A stretch of 64,000 nt of DNA, taken from contig DF236970.1 in the NCBI GenBank assembly GCA_000708835.1, positions 186,001-250,000 of the forward strand, written 5' to 3'. This document shows, piece by piece, positions 12,362 through 25,794 of this stretch (position 1 is the first letter of the stretch; each line of letters starts with the position of its first letter). This DNA is from Klebsormidium nitens (Eukaryota; Plantae; Klebsormidiophyceae). A program made the translations under genes and the position numbers. The notes below the pieces were generated by a model, which was given only the letters and a program-made list of their open reading frames with translations, did not search any database and was not told the DNA's origin.

Positions 12362-13887
12362 CTCAGCTGAGAGCTTCCTGTAGAGCTCCCTCTAGTCAAG
12401 AATGTAATGAGCTGCCAGCATGTACTTTTTGCTTTGCAGAAGCTGGACTAGGCAGCCCTTGAGCCATGTGCACAGCGGAAAGGATCCACAAAACAGCAGC
12501 TGGAGCATGCACGATACCGACTGCAGCCAGGACAACTGTCGTTGGAATCATGGCAAACCACTCTTTGGAGAATGTACAGAAGGGGCACCATTCCTAGCAG
12601 CTGCAGAGCTTCCAACAGAGCCCCTTGAAGATGAAGAGCGGAAGGTACAACAAGCAGACGTACCACCAGGAGAATAAGAAGGCCATGCACTGATCAATGC
12701 AGTGCAGGAATTCAACTTGACCTTTATTAGCTTTAATTTCAAGGCTGCAGAACCTATGCGCCGGCAGCGGCCGCGTGGAATGGTGCCCGGCCGGCGCGGG
12801 GCGGCCACCGTCCGCCGCACACTGCATGCCCGGGCCGCGCTGAAAGGCGCGCGGCCGGCCGCGCGCATTCCGCGGCGCGGCAATGGCAGCGCGGTGGCCA
12901 TCTTTTGTCTCGTCGACGGACTCTCAGAATGATAGCTTCCAGATGCATGCTTGATATTGAGCGTCTGCTTGGCTTGAATACTCCTGCCAAGGATCCAGTG
13001 GGGGCGCTGCGAGGGCCAGACTCAGGTCCCTCCCTGCTGAAACGGGCTGCACATCCTCCTCCAATGAATGTGCGTCGTCAGAATATTCGATTCACAAGGC
13101 GAACCCAAACATATATAGGTGTGCGGTATCTGATTCTAAGCAAAGGTTGCGCTTTGAAGGCCCCGGATCATAGTCCACCCTCTTTTGGCTTATTTGGATG
13201 CTGATTCTCCGAACAACTTCCAGGTTCCGGTCTTCTCCGAAAGGTTTCAGAAGGTCCGAGTGGCCCGCTTCCTTGGATGGGCTGTTCGGCTGTATGCTCC
13301 TTCTTCGCCGTCGAATGCTTGGTTACTGGTCCAGATTTATTTTATCCACCGACGAAATGCTTAGATGTGCGCGCTGTATTATACAAGGTCCGAATGTAAG
13401 GCCGCACTAGCTGCTGTGTCGACCACTACTTATAAAAGCTGGAATCACTCTCAAACTTAAGATTAGCCAGTGAGTCCTTGTTGCACAGGTGCGCGATGAG
13501 CTGCTTATACGTCATAATGCTTTCAAACGTCTCGCCTTGCCACATGAAAGCCTCTTATTAGTCTTACATAACTCATTGTTTGGATTGACGACCATGCACA
13601 GCTAGTCCTTGCAAGCTATTTCTTGTTTCCGGACAACGGGCGACGAAGACGAACAAGTCAAGAAGTCGGATTTACATTCGACTTTATAGGGATCCTGACA
13701 TGCAATTATCCGTATGATATCTTGGTAGACGCTGACACGAAAATCCTATTCGACCACTGAATGTGCCTGCTTCGCTATCCCTATCTCTTCCCTTTGTTCC
13801 CCGAGCACAAAAGCACCGCCTTTTAGAGTCACGTCTGAGCTCAAAATGAACTGTGACAAACAAGTATCACAGCTTCTTTCCTTTTCT

Positions 13888-16800
13888 CTACGTAAGCTGC
13901 ACCCACGTCGCCTCCGATGGGATGTTGCTGTCGTGGCAGAATAGGTAATAGTAGCCGGGGGGCGCGATAGTGTTTCCGGGGGGTCCTTTCACTGCGACCG
14001 TGACTCCCCCAGTGGAGGCAGTGTACTGGAGGCTCTCGTAATCAACCTCCAGCCAGACGAAGCGCTGACCCATGTGCTGCGCGTGGGTGCCTGTGTACGA
14101 GAAGAGGGAAAGGTTTTAGCAAATTTTGTAAATTGGCATTTGAGGCACGAAAGTCGGCTACGCTGACGCTTGGAGGTTCCAAAAGCGTCAATTCAACCCA
14201 ATGAAAATGCTTGCATCCGACGTTTGTACAATGGTCTGATTCTGGCCCACATCACGTGGCCGGATATCTCCACAGAAGCACTCGCAAGGCGACCACCGCG
14301 AGAGTCTCCTTCACCTCATTTGACTGTCTCTCCGGTAGAGAGATCTCTTTTCGTCATGATAAACGGATAGGCCATGAGAACTTTCCCGGCGAGTTGTCAG
14401 TTCTCTTTGGACCCTTTCCCAATCTCTCACCCACGGAATCCCTCAACATTTGTCATTTCCTGCAGATGACGTCAAGCATCCGCTTCTACAGCCGCGACGT
14501 CTCCCAAGGAACTCACCGAATCCCGGGTTCATGATGGCGGTCCGGACAGCTGGCACCTCCAGATTGGCCCGGATCGTCAGCGTCAGCGTGAACGTCGCGC
14601 CGTACCCTATTGTCGCGGGCGCGGCCGCGATGCGCGGCTGTGGGATCACGCTCGAAACGTACGGCGGGCAGAACTTATTGATGGTGAATTCGTTGGGGAA
14701 ACACTTATCGTCGGCCCCGGTGCATTCGACGCCGAAACATTGAGGGCCACACCCCACGCAGCAGTCGGAGGGTGACGAACCCCCGACCAAGAGACAGCTG
14801 TCGGGGCCTGGAAACAGAGAGCGGTAGTTTCATTAGCACATCACCCAAAGCCAATTCTTATTCGAACTGGGCAGAGGAAAGAAGTGGCGAATGAATGTAG
14901 GACATATAGCGGTGATCATGCTGCGGACTTGTTTGATGTTTGTATGGACTGGCCAACAAGAAGGACTGTGCGAACGGGCAAGTGAGACAGCTTTCCGGGC
15001 CTGGGACGGTCAGAAAAGGGTGGAAGCTGCTTGACTGCCAGCAGAAGCGGAAACGGCAAATGAAAAGCGGAAAACGGAAAATAGAAAACGAAACGGAAAA
15101 CGGAAACGGGCTTCAGGCAGCGGCGGTGTCTAGCACGGGCAGACATGACCCGGCTAGTCGGCCATACATCGGAGTTGGCGACGCTCGCACAGGCATGTTG
15201 AGCCGAGACGTCGCCGTCGAATCATGGGTATTGGCACGGACGGCCGTCTCAAGACCTTCAGGGACGGTTCCGAGAAGACGCCGGCCCTATGATCCGCCAG
15301 AAGTTGGTGCGAAAGAATGCTCATGTAAACGAAAACACAAGCGAATGTAGCGGATAACCGACCAAGGATCGCGAGCGAGTGGTAGAGGCGCGCGATCGAC
15401 TCCGGCGCGAGGTTTCTCCAGCGCGCGCCCGCGGGCGCGGCCGCGTGGTAGAGGGCGGGCGTGAAGACCGGGTTGTGTATCTGCGAGTCGCCGACTTGGA
15501 GCCCCGCGACGCCCTGCCGGCCGCCGTTGATGATCATGATCTGCGGGAAGAAGAACCGTACGTTATGGTTTCAAGCTTCCACGTATCAAGAGTTTCGTAG
15601 ATTTGGATTTAGCTTTGGGCCTCATTTTCACTTCGAAATTTAGGCTTGAAAGGGGTACGATGTGCCACAAGTGAAGGCCCTGAAGAGGAAGCAAAGTGCA
15701 GTCCGCAAAACTGAGTAGCTCTAGTCGGTGTACTTTGACGAGGTTGTGCAATTCAGCCCCTTCCTTTCAAAGCAGATCTGAAGCCGAGGCCCTGTGACTG
15801 TGTCTTGGACAGAGCAGCGAGCTTATATGGCGAACTTACACCCTCTCGGTCAGAGACCAGACAGCTTCGAAGAAAGAAGAGAACTGCTAATATCAACAAA
15901 TATCTTGGCTTGCAGAGCGAGACAAATCGCAGTCTCGTAATGATCACCGGGCGTCTAATTTCTCTCGAAAGTCAGGGCGCACTACGTCTGATTAGGTTCG
16001 GGCCCCAAGCTTCCGCTCCTAGTTGAACTGATTAGAGAATTCCGTCCGTGAGTTCAAAGGCTTTGCATGAAAATCGAAGGCCCTCTCAAATGATGTTTTT
16101 GTGCAAGCGCGCAGGTCATCTTTCACCAATCATGGAAGTAGCAAAACTCGCATTACTCAAATGGAGATGGAACTGGGAAATCAGCTAAAATTCAGATTCT
16201 TCACTCGGAAACGGAAGCTTCTCAGGGTATGCGAGGAGCAACTCTCTAACCTGCCCGTTTGCGGTGATGATAAGATCGGGCGAGATGCGCGGGTCCGGCA
16301 TGGTTTCCATAACCCACTTCGGGTTAGGGTCCAGCGGACGGATGCGGCCGCACGTGTCGCTCGCGTAAGCGTCGCGCTTCTTGGTGGTTGTGAAGAAGCT
16401 CCCGCCGCACACCATAACCTCGGCCGTGTAATTGTTCTCGAGAGACATGGGCAGTAACACCGACGTGCCTGCAGCGAAGAAACGTTACGGGTCAAAAACA
16501 TCTATTGTTGAACGCGTCTTCTTTTGGTGCAATCGAAGAAGCTCCCGCCGCACACCCTAACTTCGGCCGTGTGATTGTTCTCGAGCGACTTGGGCAGCAA
16601 CACCAACGTGCCTGCAGCGAAATAGCGTAAGAGCCAGCAACTTTGTTTTTCGCGTCTTCTTTTTCTGTTGGTTTGATTCGATTCTGGCGTAGACGAAGAA
16701 GCAGCGCAGCAAGGGATCCGGTCGTCTGATTGATTTCGAGCGACATCATGCGGAGCAACATCGAAGTGTCTGCAGCGAAGAAACGTTACCGGTCAAAAAG

Positions 16801-19800
16801 CTATAATGTTGAACGCGTCTTCGTTTGGGCTAGAGGAGAAGTTCCGCCGCACACCATAAGTATAGACGTGTTATCGTTCTCGATCGACACGGGCAGCAAC
16901 ACCGACATGCCTGTAGCAATAAATGTCACGATTTAGGTTTGCTTCTCGAGTACGTCTTCTATTGCTGTATGTACCATTGCGTCTGCTGCAAACCCTCATC
17001 CCGGCCCTTTGGACTTGACAAACAGTTGACAGGGTGGCAGGAGCATCGGCGTTCTTGGAGTGGAGACCAAGGTTCGAAAGCTGTACTGTGGTGAGAGTCA
17101 TGGGATTTGGGGCCTTTATCCAGCAAAAGCGCTGCACTGAAAATAATAAGCCTCTGAAAGGGTTTCCCCGGCTTGACGCCAATATATAATGCTCCCATAC
17201 CCACGTACGAGCGAGCGGAGCCTCTACTTAAGAAGACGTCATTCTTTCGAAAAGATCCCCTCGAGGTCACGGTGACGGGGCCAACCGTTTGCGGACTGAC
17301 GCCTTGAATGGTTGAAGCCATTTGTTTGGGAATCGACGGAACATCGTATGCCCGTCCAGTCTCCTCTAACGCAATCCAAATCCTGAAAATGAATTGCTTA
17401 AAGGCCATGTCTGCCGGAAGCTTGGGTCCCTGACATCCACAATTAACCATAAAACTCGAAAGCTGCTGGAGCTCTACGACCCAACCACCCATTACACCCT
17501 TACCGGTGTACGGGTAGCTGCGCGTGATCTTCCCGGGCATGTCCGGCAGGACGATCTCGTCCCCGGTGTCGAAATTGTACAGTACGGCGTACCAGTTGGC
17601 CATCACGAAAAAGTAGCCGTTGGGCATGAGGTGCAGGAACGGGTACAGCGCCGCGGGGAACGCGCGCGCGAGCACCGCGAGCGGCCGGAGCGCATCGTCC
17701 GCGGCCGCGGTGCGCGGGAAGAATTCGTACGTGGTCTCGGACTGGGCGAAGCACAAGAGCCAGGTTTAGAATCTCGGGCGAGAAGATTTGTGAAACGGAT
17801 GCGGTACGTTGAGACTGTTGGGCGGCACAATTTGCTAGGTTTGTCCACGTAACGGCGTCGAGAGATAAGGCTTTTGACCAATCATCGGTACGCCATTCGG
17901 GACTGCTAGAGTATTCACGCATTGGGTTTTGTTAGACGATTTTGGAAGAGACTTTCTTTGAGAACGAAGTTTTGAACCAGGTCATAAGTACACAGTATGC
18001 CATGAACTTCCCAAAACCGTGATTAGCTGCTTAAACCTTGTCTTTTGGCGTTCCAAGCGGTGAAGCGTTTCTCCTAATCGTTGTTACCAGGTTCAAATCA
18101 TAGATTTCCTTTATCTTGCAGACCCCAAAATTACAAATGTTCAAACCTTACATCGCCTCGCTTCTTCAGGAGTACCAAGTCGCCGACTTTAGCCCCGCCG
18201 ACAATGACGATCCGCTTGCCGTCCGGCATCAAGTGCGCCGACGGGTACCAGCGCTTGGCCAGCATGCTCACACCTGGCAGCAGAAGAGCTTTGTAGCGTA
18301 TGGTGATAATCGAGTGATCTTGGCTGGGAATGGCTTGTAGGAGACTCGTTGATCTTTGCAACAGAAGTACTCGAGCGGGCTTGAGCAAGATGTCTGCTTC
18401 ACGTATTCAATCGTGGACTCAGCGCCTTCCGCAGCGCGTATTTCAGAGGCGCCTGCCCTGATGCTCGATTTTGTCCATCTTTTTTGCATTCGTGTCTAAC
18501 AAAAGCACGGCTCCCTTACCCTCCGTGGTCATTTCCCCATTCCAAACAGGATTTCTAGTGTAAAGGGAAGTCGTCTACATTTCACGCCGATCCATAATAA
18601 ACAACGGCACCTGGAAACTCTCGAACCGTTATGTTTTGGTACCTCGCAAAACACCTTGGAAGAATACTCTCCGTTCAAAACACGTTTGCCGATCGTGAAG
18701 AACGTCGGCATCGGATCAGAAGGGGGATATTTGCAAGGGTCCAGGATCAGCAACGCTTTGCCCATATAAGCCGAGCGCCTTAAGCTGACTCGGCTTTCAT
18801 TGATCAAACAGTGACCGGGATTTTTAGGGATCCCTCACCTGGGTACTCGTAAAACTCGCAGGAGTCCCCCGCCGCGCACGGGTCCAGGAAACGCACCGCG
18901 TAAAACGCCTCAGTGTTACCGTCGATGGTCTTGAACCCCCCCGTGTTTACCAGCGTTCCGTTGGGCCAGAACTGGCCAGCGGAACAGAAGGTGTTGTCGA
19001 TGACGTCAAGGCCGCGCACTTTCTGACTCGGCTTCGCGAGGTCCAGAACCGCCGCGGCTGCCTGCTTGCCGTTCCTGTGGAAAATAGGGTTAAGACTTGG
19101 TTTGTGTTGACGGATGACGAGTATCTGCGATTAGCAGTCCCGAAGTTTCTTGACGCAGTCTCTCTTGGGCGATTGGGGAAGTAGAAGTACGGCAAGCGTT
19201 GTTTTGGCGCCTGCGCTCTTCTCTTGTCATCCCCGGTTCAAGAACATAGAACACAGACCTCTATTCCAAGGAAGTGGTTCCGGTCAAGGATTTCGCCGCA
19301 CAAGTTCTATAAACATCTAGACGCTTGGGGATATTCACCATCTGCTTAATGATATTATAATTGCCGCAGAAACTTTGGTTAGCCTGGCCTAACGCGGATA
19401 ATTGTAAAACCGCGTTCGCTCTAGCGCGTGCAGACTCCTACTTCTTAAGGAGGGGATAGAATCTTAAGCCGCGGACAGAAAACTCAACATCATTTTGGTA
19501 TTGATGAAAAAGATCTCGGTTTTTTGGTCTGGTTGATTCTCTGTCAACCACTCACCCACTTTGATCACATATGGTTATGATGCGTTTTGAATCAGACAAG
19601 GAGAACTTCCCCGAACCCGGTTCTTTACGACGTCACAATCCCAATGGCAAGCTCCCTGGCCAGATCCGTTCAAAGCACCTGGCAGACTTTTCTACGGAAA
19701 GACCGGCCACAGGACCTCCGAAGACTGCTAGAATGATCCGTTCAAGACACGTGTCAGAGCACTTGAAAAAACTTCTCTAGAAGAAACGCCTAGCAAGAAC

Positions 19801-20168
19801 CTTTTGAAAGAACGTATCCATATATATACACCTTACTTGTCCTTGACGTAACTATTGTCCTTGTCGCTCCGGTCGATCAGCACCAGCGTATTGTGGATTG
19901 GTGTGACCGCCCAGTGTATTCCCGAAACCCCCGAGCTCTTGGTCACCAAAGACCAGGTACCATTTGGACTGGTGCACTCGTAGTCGGTGGAAACCCCCGA
20001 GCGGTCTGGATCGTACGCTCCGGTGGGGTTTGTGACCGGGGAAACTTTGGTGTCGCTGCCCGGAGGTACAGGGGACATAGCGAAAGAAGCGATGGGGAAA
20101 AGGGGAGCTGTTAGCAGGAGGAGAAGGGAGAGAAGGGGGAGGGGAGATCCAGCTTGCGAAGGCGCCAT
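13888..20168 (-). CDS. GLOX: Secreted glyoxal oxidase/galactose oxidase-like copper radical oxidase (CAZy AA5), ~605 aa
   Basis: complement(join(13888..14090,14517..14807,15363..15540,16251..16468,17504..17741,18152..18273,18839..19074,19837..20168)), phases consistent. Signal peptide (PLLSLLLLLTAPLFPIASFA). All five active-site residues present: FCSAG (Cys), RWYPS (Tyr), RLYHS (Tyr-His), GTHAQ (His). C-terminal PPGNTIAPPGYYYLF. Confidence 0.93.
16500..16920 (-). repeat. Three echoes of the GLOX acceptor + exon start (exon at 16468)
   Basis: Copies at ~16500-16620, ~16740-16790 and ~16800-16920 of cag|gcacgtcggtgttactgcccatgtctctcgagaacaattacacggccgaggttatggtgtgcggcggg. Confidence 0.85.
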
Positions 20169-21754
20169 GGTTGCGGTACTGGCTAGCTTTTCACAGAGTC
20201 CTTCTTTCTTGTAAGAAGTTGATCATTTGTCAGCTCAATGTTCTGCAGGGTTGATTGAGGCGGCTACTCTCGCTTCTTACATGTTAAAAGGACGGATGTT
20301 TCAAGAGCAACTTGTTCAGCTTGCAAAAACCTGCAAACTACAAAATAGCGTTAAGGTCCAGACTCTGAAGCAATCTCCTGACCAGGCTAAGGCTTCTCTA
20401 AAACCAGCAGACAGCATCAGCAGATTGCGAAAGACAAGCACCAAAGAAGGGTGAAACCATTAGCTGGTCTATCTGGTCTGACTGACTCTGGAAAAAAAGC
20501 TTTACCAGCGAAACAAGCGTCCGAGATAGCTTAACTCCATATGCGTTGCGGCCTACGTTGTCGTTAACGCGGCCAAAGAGTGGTTCGAGAACGTCTTTGG
20601 AACGGACTTCTTTGGAAGTGTCGACGGCGTCTGCTTTGAATTCTCCTAAGTTTCTCTAGGTGAATCTTCTACTCATGTGAGTTGCAGATTTGCACGTTGA
20701 TTCCAAGTAAGATGGCGTGATAACCGAGGCTTTTGGATCTTCAATTTTTGAGTGTGTGCACCGGTTGAGTGTTCGATTCGCCCGAGGCAAAAGAAACCGC
20801 AGATTTGCACGTGCATGGATTCAACTGCTCTCAAAGCGATTTGGAGCAGTAATAAATTGCCGTATGCTTCCGCCTTGATGCAGTGCATAATTGCGCCTTA
20901 TCGCCGGCTGCAAGAACCTGCGACCGTCGTTTACTGCAATTGCATTCACAATCGGCGCAGACGTTTCTGGATCACATGTTCAGCACCCTTCTCTGATCGA
21001 GAAGCATTTGAAGATGACCTACGCATCACTTAGTCCTGGAGGAACGACGTGGCTCCCCTTTTTTGGATCACATGCTTGTATCAAATGGACAATAATGACA
21101 GTGAATGTGCGTGATAATAAGTTGCTGAGGCGATGATTTGATGGCAGTCGCATGCAGATTCTGAGGCCGTTCGATAGTCAACAGAAGACGATTTGAATAT
21201 TATAGGAAGAAGAATCAAGAGGCATCTGGGCAATCTGAATAAATGGCGCCGTGGTTGGATCGTGATTGGAGGCTGCAACCTTGTTTGATGACGTCACAAT
21301 TCATCATGCATGTTAAGCGACCATTCATACTATATCAACGACGGTTAGGTCTGGACTTTAACCCTGATTTCGGTGACTTAGGAAGGTTCAGTGGCCGCCA
21401 GATTCGGCACCAGAGCCTCGAGCAGGTTCATGATTATTGTTTTCCTTCCGCTCGTGCCAAACATTCTCGGTAGTAGTCTTGTTAAAGAAAAAGAATGTGG
21501 CGCGCAAACCCAAGGAGGTCAACTTTCGCAACCCGCTGCAGTCAACAGTAAACTGCAGCTGTGCTCTCACTACCGGCTTGGAGATCTCATTCAAGTTACA
21601 TCGATCCTGTACGATAAGAGATGCACGCATGCACTGCTATACGGTTTGGTTGGCGCGGACCTACGGTGGAAGCTTTCTATGCTTGCAACGCGTTTCTTCC
21701 TCCGTTGTCAGCGCGACAGAGGAGTAGGTCTACATGTAGCCATGTGGGAAGGTG

Positions 21755-24700
21755 CTAAATGGCTACAATCTGGGGGCTTCCAAGAACCTTGTGTTTCAGT
21801 CCGAGGGGTCGGAGCACCTGGCAAACAAGGGATTTGTCAATCAGTAACTAAAGCTGGTATGCAAGACAATCGAGACACCTTCCCCTAACAGCTCTAAAGT
21901 CGCGACAAACTGTTAAGATCATTCCGGACAGAAGCAGTTGATTCGTTTGGCACTGGATAAGAGAAGGACTGGCTTGATGTTCCCAAGTGAATAAGACAGG
22001 TAAATTTGGAACTTCATGTTAAGAAATCGCCACACCATTTTCCAGTCGAGCATATGAATCACAAACGCAGCTGGATCGAAGTGGTCGAAGCGACTCAGCA
22101 TAAGCGCGCAAGGTTGCTTTGGACTCACACGAATCACTACTTAGAAAGCCATCCGTTCTTTTGTAATGGAGCATCTGTGCTGCCGCCGGAAACGGCTGGT
22201 CAAGTTAGCGCCACGACAACAGGCTCCACACCCCAATTTTGGTTTAGAAGATCAGAGAACCCTGTTCAATACCTGGTCCATTGCGAAGTGGTAGATCTTG
22301 TCGAAGTTCTCGAGGCACGAGTCGTAGCGCTCGGGGTCAGCGCCCTGCGCGTGGCAGAACTTGCAGCCGGTGAAGTGGCTGACGAAGGGCCACTTGGCGC
22401 CCCCGTTCACACCGTTCCCCAGCTGCATCTTCTCCAGGTCTTCGAAGGTATTCAGCCACCTGTGTGAAGGAGCACCAAATCACAAACAGTTTTAACGGAG
22501 GCTGAAACTGATTACCGGCCGTTCAGATGTCTTTTTGCGCTTCGCATCAGCCTTTCAGGATGAGCGGATTAGAAAGGAGTAATATTAAGAGCCAAGCTAT
22601 GTTCTGCGATTCTTACGGCGTTGAGCGGTCAAATGAGTGAAGAGTACGAATCAGAGTTGAGAGAGGGATAGAGTATCCTACTCTATCCCGTAAGGCGATT
22701 CGCTAAGTTCAAGCTGATATCCTCGTCCAAACCGCAACAGAAACTCTAGCTCTCCAAGCAACGAGCTTGAAAGGAGCTTGGAGAACTTCTCATTTCTTGT
22801 CGTTCCGCAAGCTTTCTAAAGAACAGAGACCGTTACAATCCAAGACAATCGATCAACTGCTCTGGTGAAAATCGTATTTCAGAGCGTGAAGGCGCTTAAG
22901 TAGAACCAGGTAGGCGATGATTTCAAATGGTCCTGTCAGCAGCGACAGGATCCGTAATAGTCAGGCAGACTGCATTTGAAGCTTTCACTTGATCTAAATC
23001 GTCTTTGCAGATGCAGAATCGGCACAGGCCTGTAGCTTACCAGTGGTGATATTGGATCTCCTCGTCGAGATAGACTCTCTTTCCCCACTTGTCCGGGAAA
23101 GAGGACAGCAAGTAGACCACCGTGCACTGGTCGTCAGCGGGCCAATCTGCAAAGGAAGCGAATGGAATATAATAGAAGAGAAAGCTTCAAGAACAATCGC
23201 ATGTTCTGGGCCCTCGATGTCACAGAGAAAACTCTGATCCCATGTGCGCCACGAAAAACAAGTGAACTCCCACGAACACCTCTTTCTTCCTGATATTTGA
23301 ACGCCCTTCAGGGCGCCAGAATAAGAATCAGTCTTCAGCGGACCTGTATTCGCACTCGGCTTGGTCTTGCACCATTATAAAAGTTCATCTCAGATTCAAG
23401 ACCCTAGTTAGATTCTGCCGCAAGCAAAGCGAAACAAACCGACCCGAGTCAAAGCGTCCTGTTCTCACCGGAGCTAATCTCCTTTCTTCCCTTCACTTTC
23501 TTGTTCAGGAGGGCCGCATACGAGTTTCTCGGCTCTCCCTTCTCCCCGATCCGCATCAACTCGGCCATGTAATCAAACGACCACTGGGAGTTGCGGATGA
23601 GGAACACGCCCGCGTTGAGGGCCAGCCAATGTGCGTCCTCGTAGACCTGAGGAAAGAAGGATTCGGTCTCCTGCCCGAGTTTTCATGGCCTCGGCAGAAG
23701 CTCAAAAGAATCATCTTGGGTTCTCTAGCTCCATTTTGATGTAGCAGAGAACTAAGCTGATGACTTAGAGGTTTGATTGGCTCGAAAATACCGGCAGGAC
23801 GCTTCTGAACGTCCCGTAGAGAGATAAAGAATAGGAGGATGTGCATCTTTGGGAAGCTTATCGTTCTTTCCCCTAGAAGAAAAGCAAGCGAGGGCACTCA
23901 CGGCTTTCGGGCTTCCGGTGTAGACGATGTCGTGGTCCTTGTACTTTTCGAACGGTATCTCCAGGGTCATGTCCGTGAAAATTGCGTCCGAGTCTATCCA
24001 CTGCAAAGAGAAGCATTGAATCAGCACGGAGCATGCAGTTGCAGAAGCATGACACTTTGAGCCCGAGCGCGAAGGGGAATAAGGAAATTAGCCATTTACG
24101 TGGAATGTGCGTAGCAGATATCTATCTAAGCATCGCAGTAACAGAACGACGAATCGTTGCGTCCGGTTTAGGGTCTTAGACGGAATCTCGGAGCGTGAAT
24201 CAATCTCACGTGAAAAGCCCTTCCGGATTGCTCAGCACTCTTCATTTTATGGTCTTCAGAGCAAGACCGCAGAGGATGGAGGTTTAAAAGAACCCCATAT
24301 CCATGTTTTGAAGACCTCTTCTCAGCATTCTTTCATGCACTGCTGAGTCTGAAGCTTCCTCGCTTGAGACATTCTGCAGGAAATGCAGGATACTGACAGA
24401 ATCCACTGAATGAGACTTGTGATGGCCAAGCAGCTCAGAGTTTTCACTGACCATGAACCATTCGATGTCCGGGTTGGCCAGCATAAGCTTCTTGAGCAGC
24501 GGGTATTTCATCCAGTAGATGTCGAACTTCTCGTCGAACAGCTCCAGACTGTACCACAGGTCGATCTTGTGCAGCCTGCGAATGAAGTGGAATATATTGG
24601 ACGGGTATTTCCAGAGGGGGTTTTATTTAACCAACCATTGAAAACCGACGTTTGATGCGGATTTGCTTGCACGGAATGCTTACCAAGGGTTCAATCCTTT

Positions 24701-25794
24701 CAATCGAAGATTTCTTCAAGAGCAGAGAAAAGAAGAACGCCAAATCCCGGGTCAGTTCCTACAGAGTCTTTGAGCATTGATTGGTCTAGGTTCTGTGTCA
24801 AGGGGCTTTCAAAGTCTCAAATGTAATGAAGATGCCATACCCGTGCTGATTATTGCATCCATCGCAATTAAACAGGCGATACTTAAAACGGAGATCTACT
24901 TTAGATGTCCGGTAGACAATACACAGACGAGAATCTTTCAAACGTCTTCGATTCTTGGCTGTTTTGCTTTGCAATCACGGACCATAAATAGCTTCAGCGC
25001 AGTTCTCACCTGGCGTAGTCCATCTTGTTTTGCAGCCCCTTCATACCAATCTCCATCCCCCGCTCGGTCGAACAGGTTGCAGAATCAACACCAGTCACCA
25101 TCATCATCTTTGCCCGCGGTGCAGTCTGCTTGTTCTCGGTTACAAGTGTTCCAAAACCCTTGCGATCAAGGGCCAGGCTATCAGGGGAGTTCTCCTTTGG
25201 TTTCTTGAGAACTTTCAGGTTTTCTGAGATGTCAGCGCTGTCTGAAACTGAAGCTGACAGCGGCAGGGGATCCTGAACCGGTTCCTGGTTGCTTATGTCT
25301 GATGTGCTTGAAAGAAGGTTATGGGATTCTCCAGCAACGTCTTCGGTCTTCAGCATTATCCTAGGAACCACAGCCGTCTCGACAGACAGCAGAGAGGAGG
25401 AGGAGGATGGATTCCTTGTGGATGAATCACTATGAGCCGGAAGTTCTTCAGGGATGTATGTTCCCAGAGGAACCTCCGGATCCCTCCAGCTTTCTTCCGC
25501 CTGCAGAAGCCGCCCTGACTTCTGAACGGCCTCCGGTCCCCATTTGTCTTCATCGTCGCTCACGCCCTCCCTTGGCCAGGCAAGAAGCATGCAAGTCGCC
25601 CCGCAGAAGATCAGGGACATAACGAAAGCAAGCTTGGAGAGTCCCATCTTACTTTGGCCAGGAGGAGGGGACCTGCGCCGCTTGAGGGATCCGAGTTTGG
25701 GGAGCTCGAGCCCGGAACCTGAGCGCGTCAGCTCAGAGTCGTCAAGGCTTGGAATCCATCCCCTGAAAGATGCTTCGTGGCTGTGAGGAGGCAT
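21755..25794 (-). CDS. GT34 family glycosyltransferase, paralog b, ~513 aa, with a long Ser/acidic stem region
   Basis: complement(join(21755..21817,22273..22459,23041..23146,23469..23646,23902..24000,24452..24575,25010..25794)). Motifs LQNKMDYARLH, WFMWIDSDAIFTDM, WLALNAGVFLIRN, ADDQCTVVYLL, HFTGCKFC. Five exon lengths (124/99/178/106/63) are identical to paralog a. Start codon chosen by context (MPPHSHE); uncertain. Confidence 0.9.

Noticed and set aside
12420-13410. Several 70-100 aa ORFs around the GC patch (including a Cys-rich minus-strand ORF at 12448-12690)
   Set aside because: Conflicting overlapping frames; I could not build a phase-consistent spliced model.
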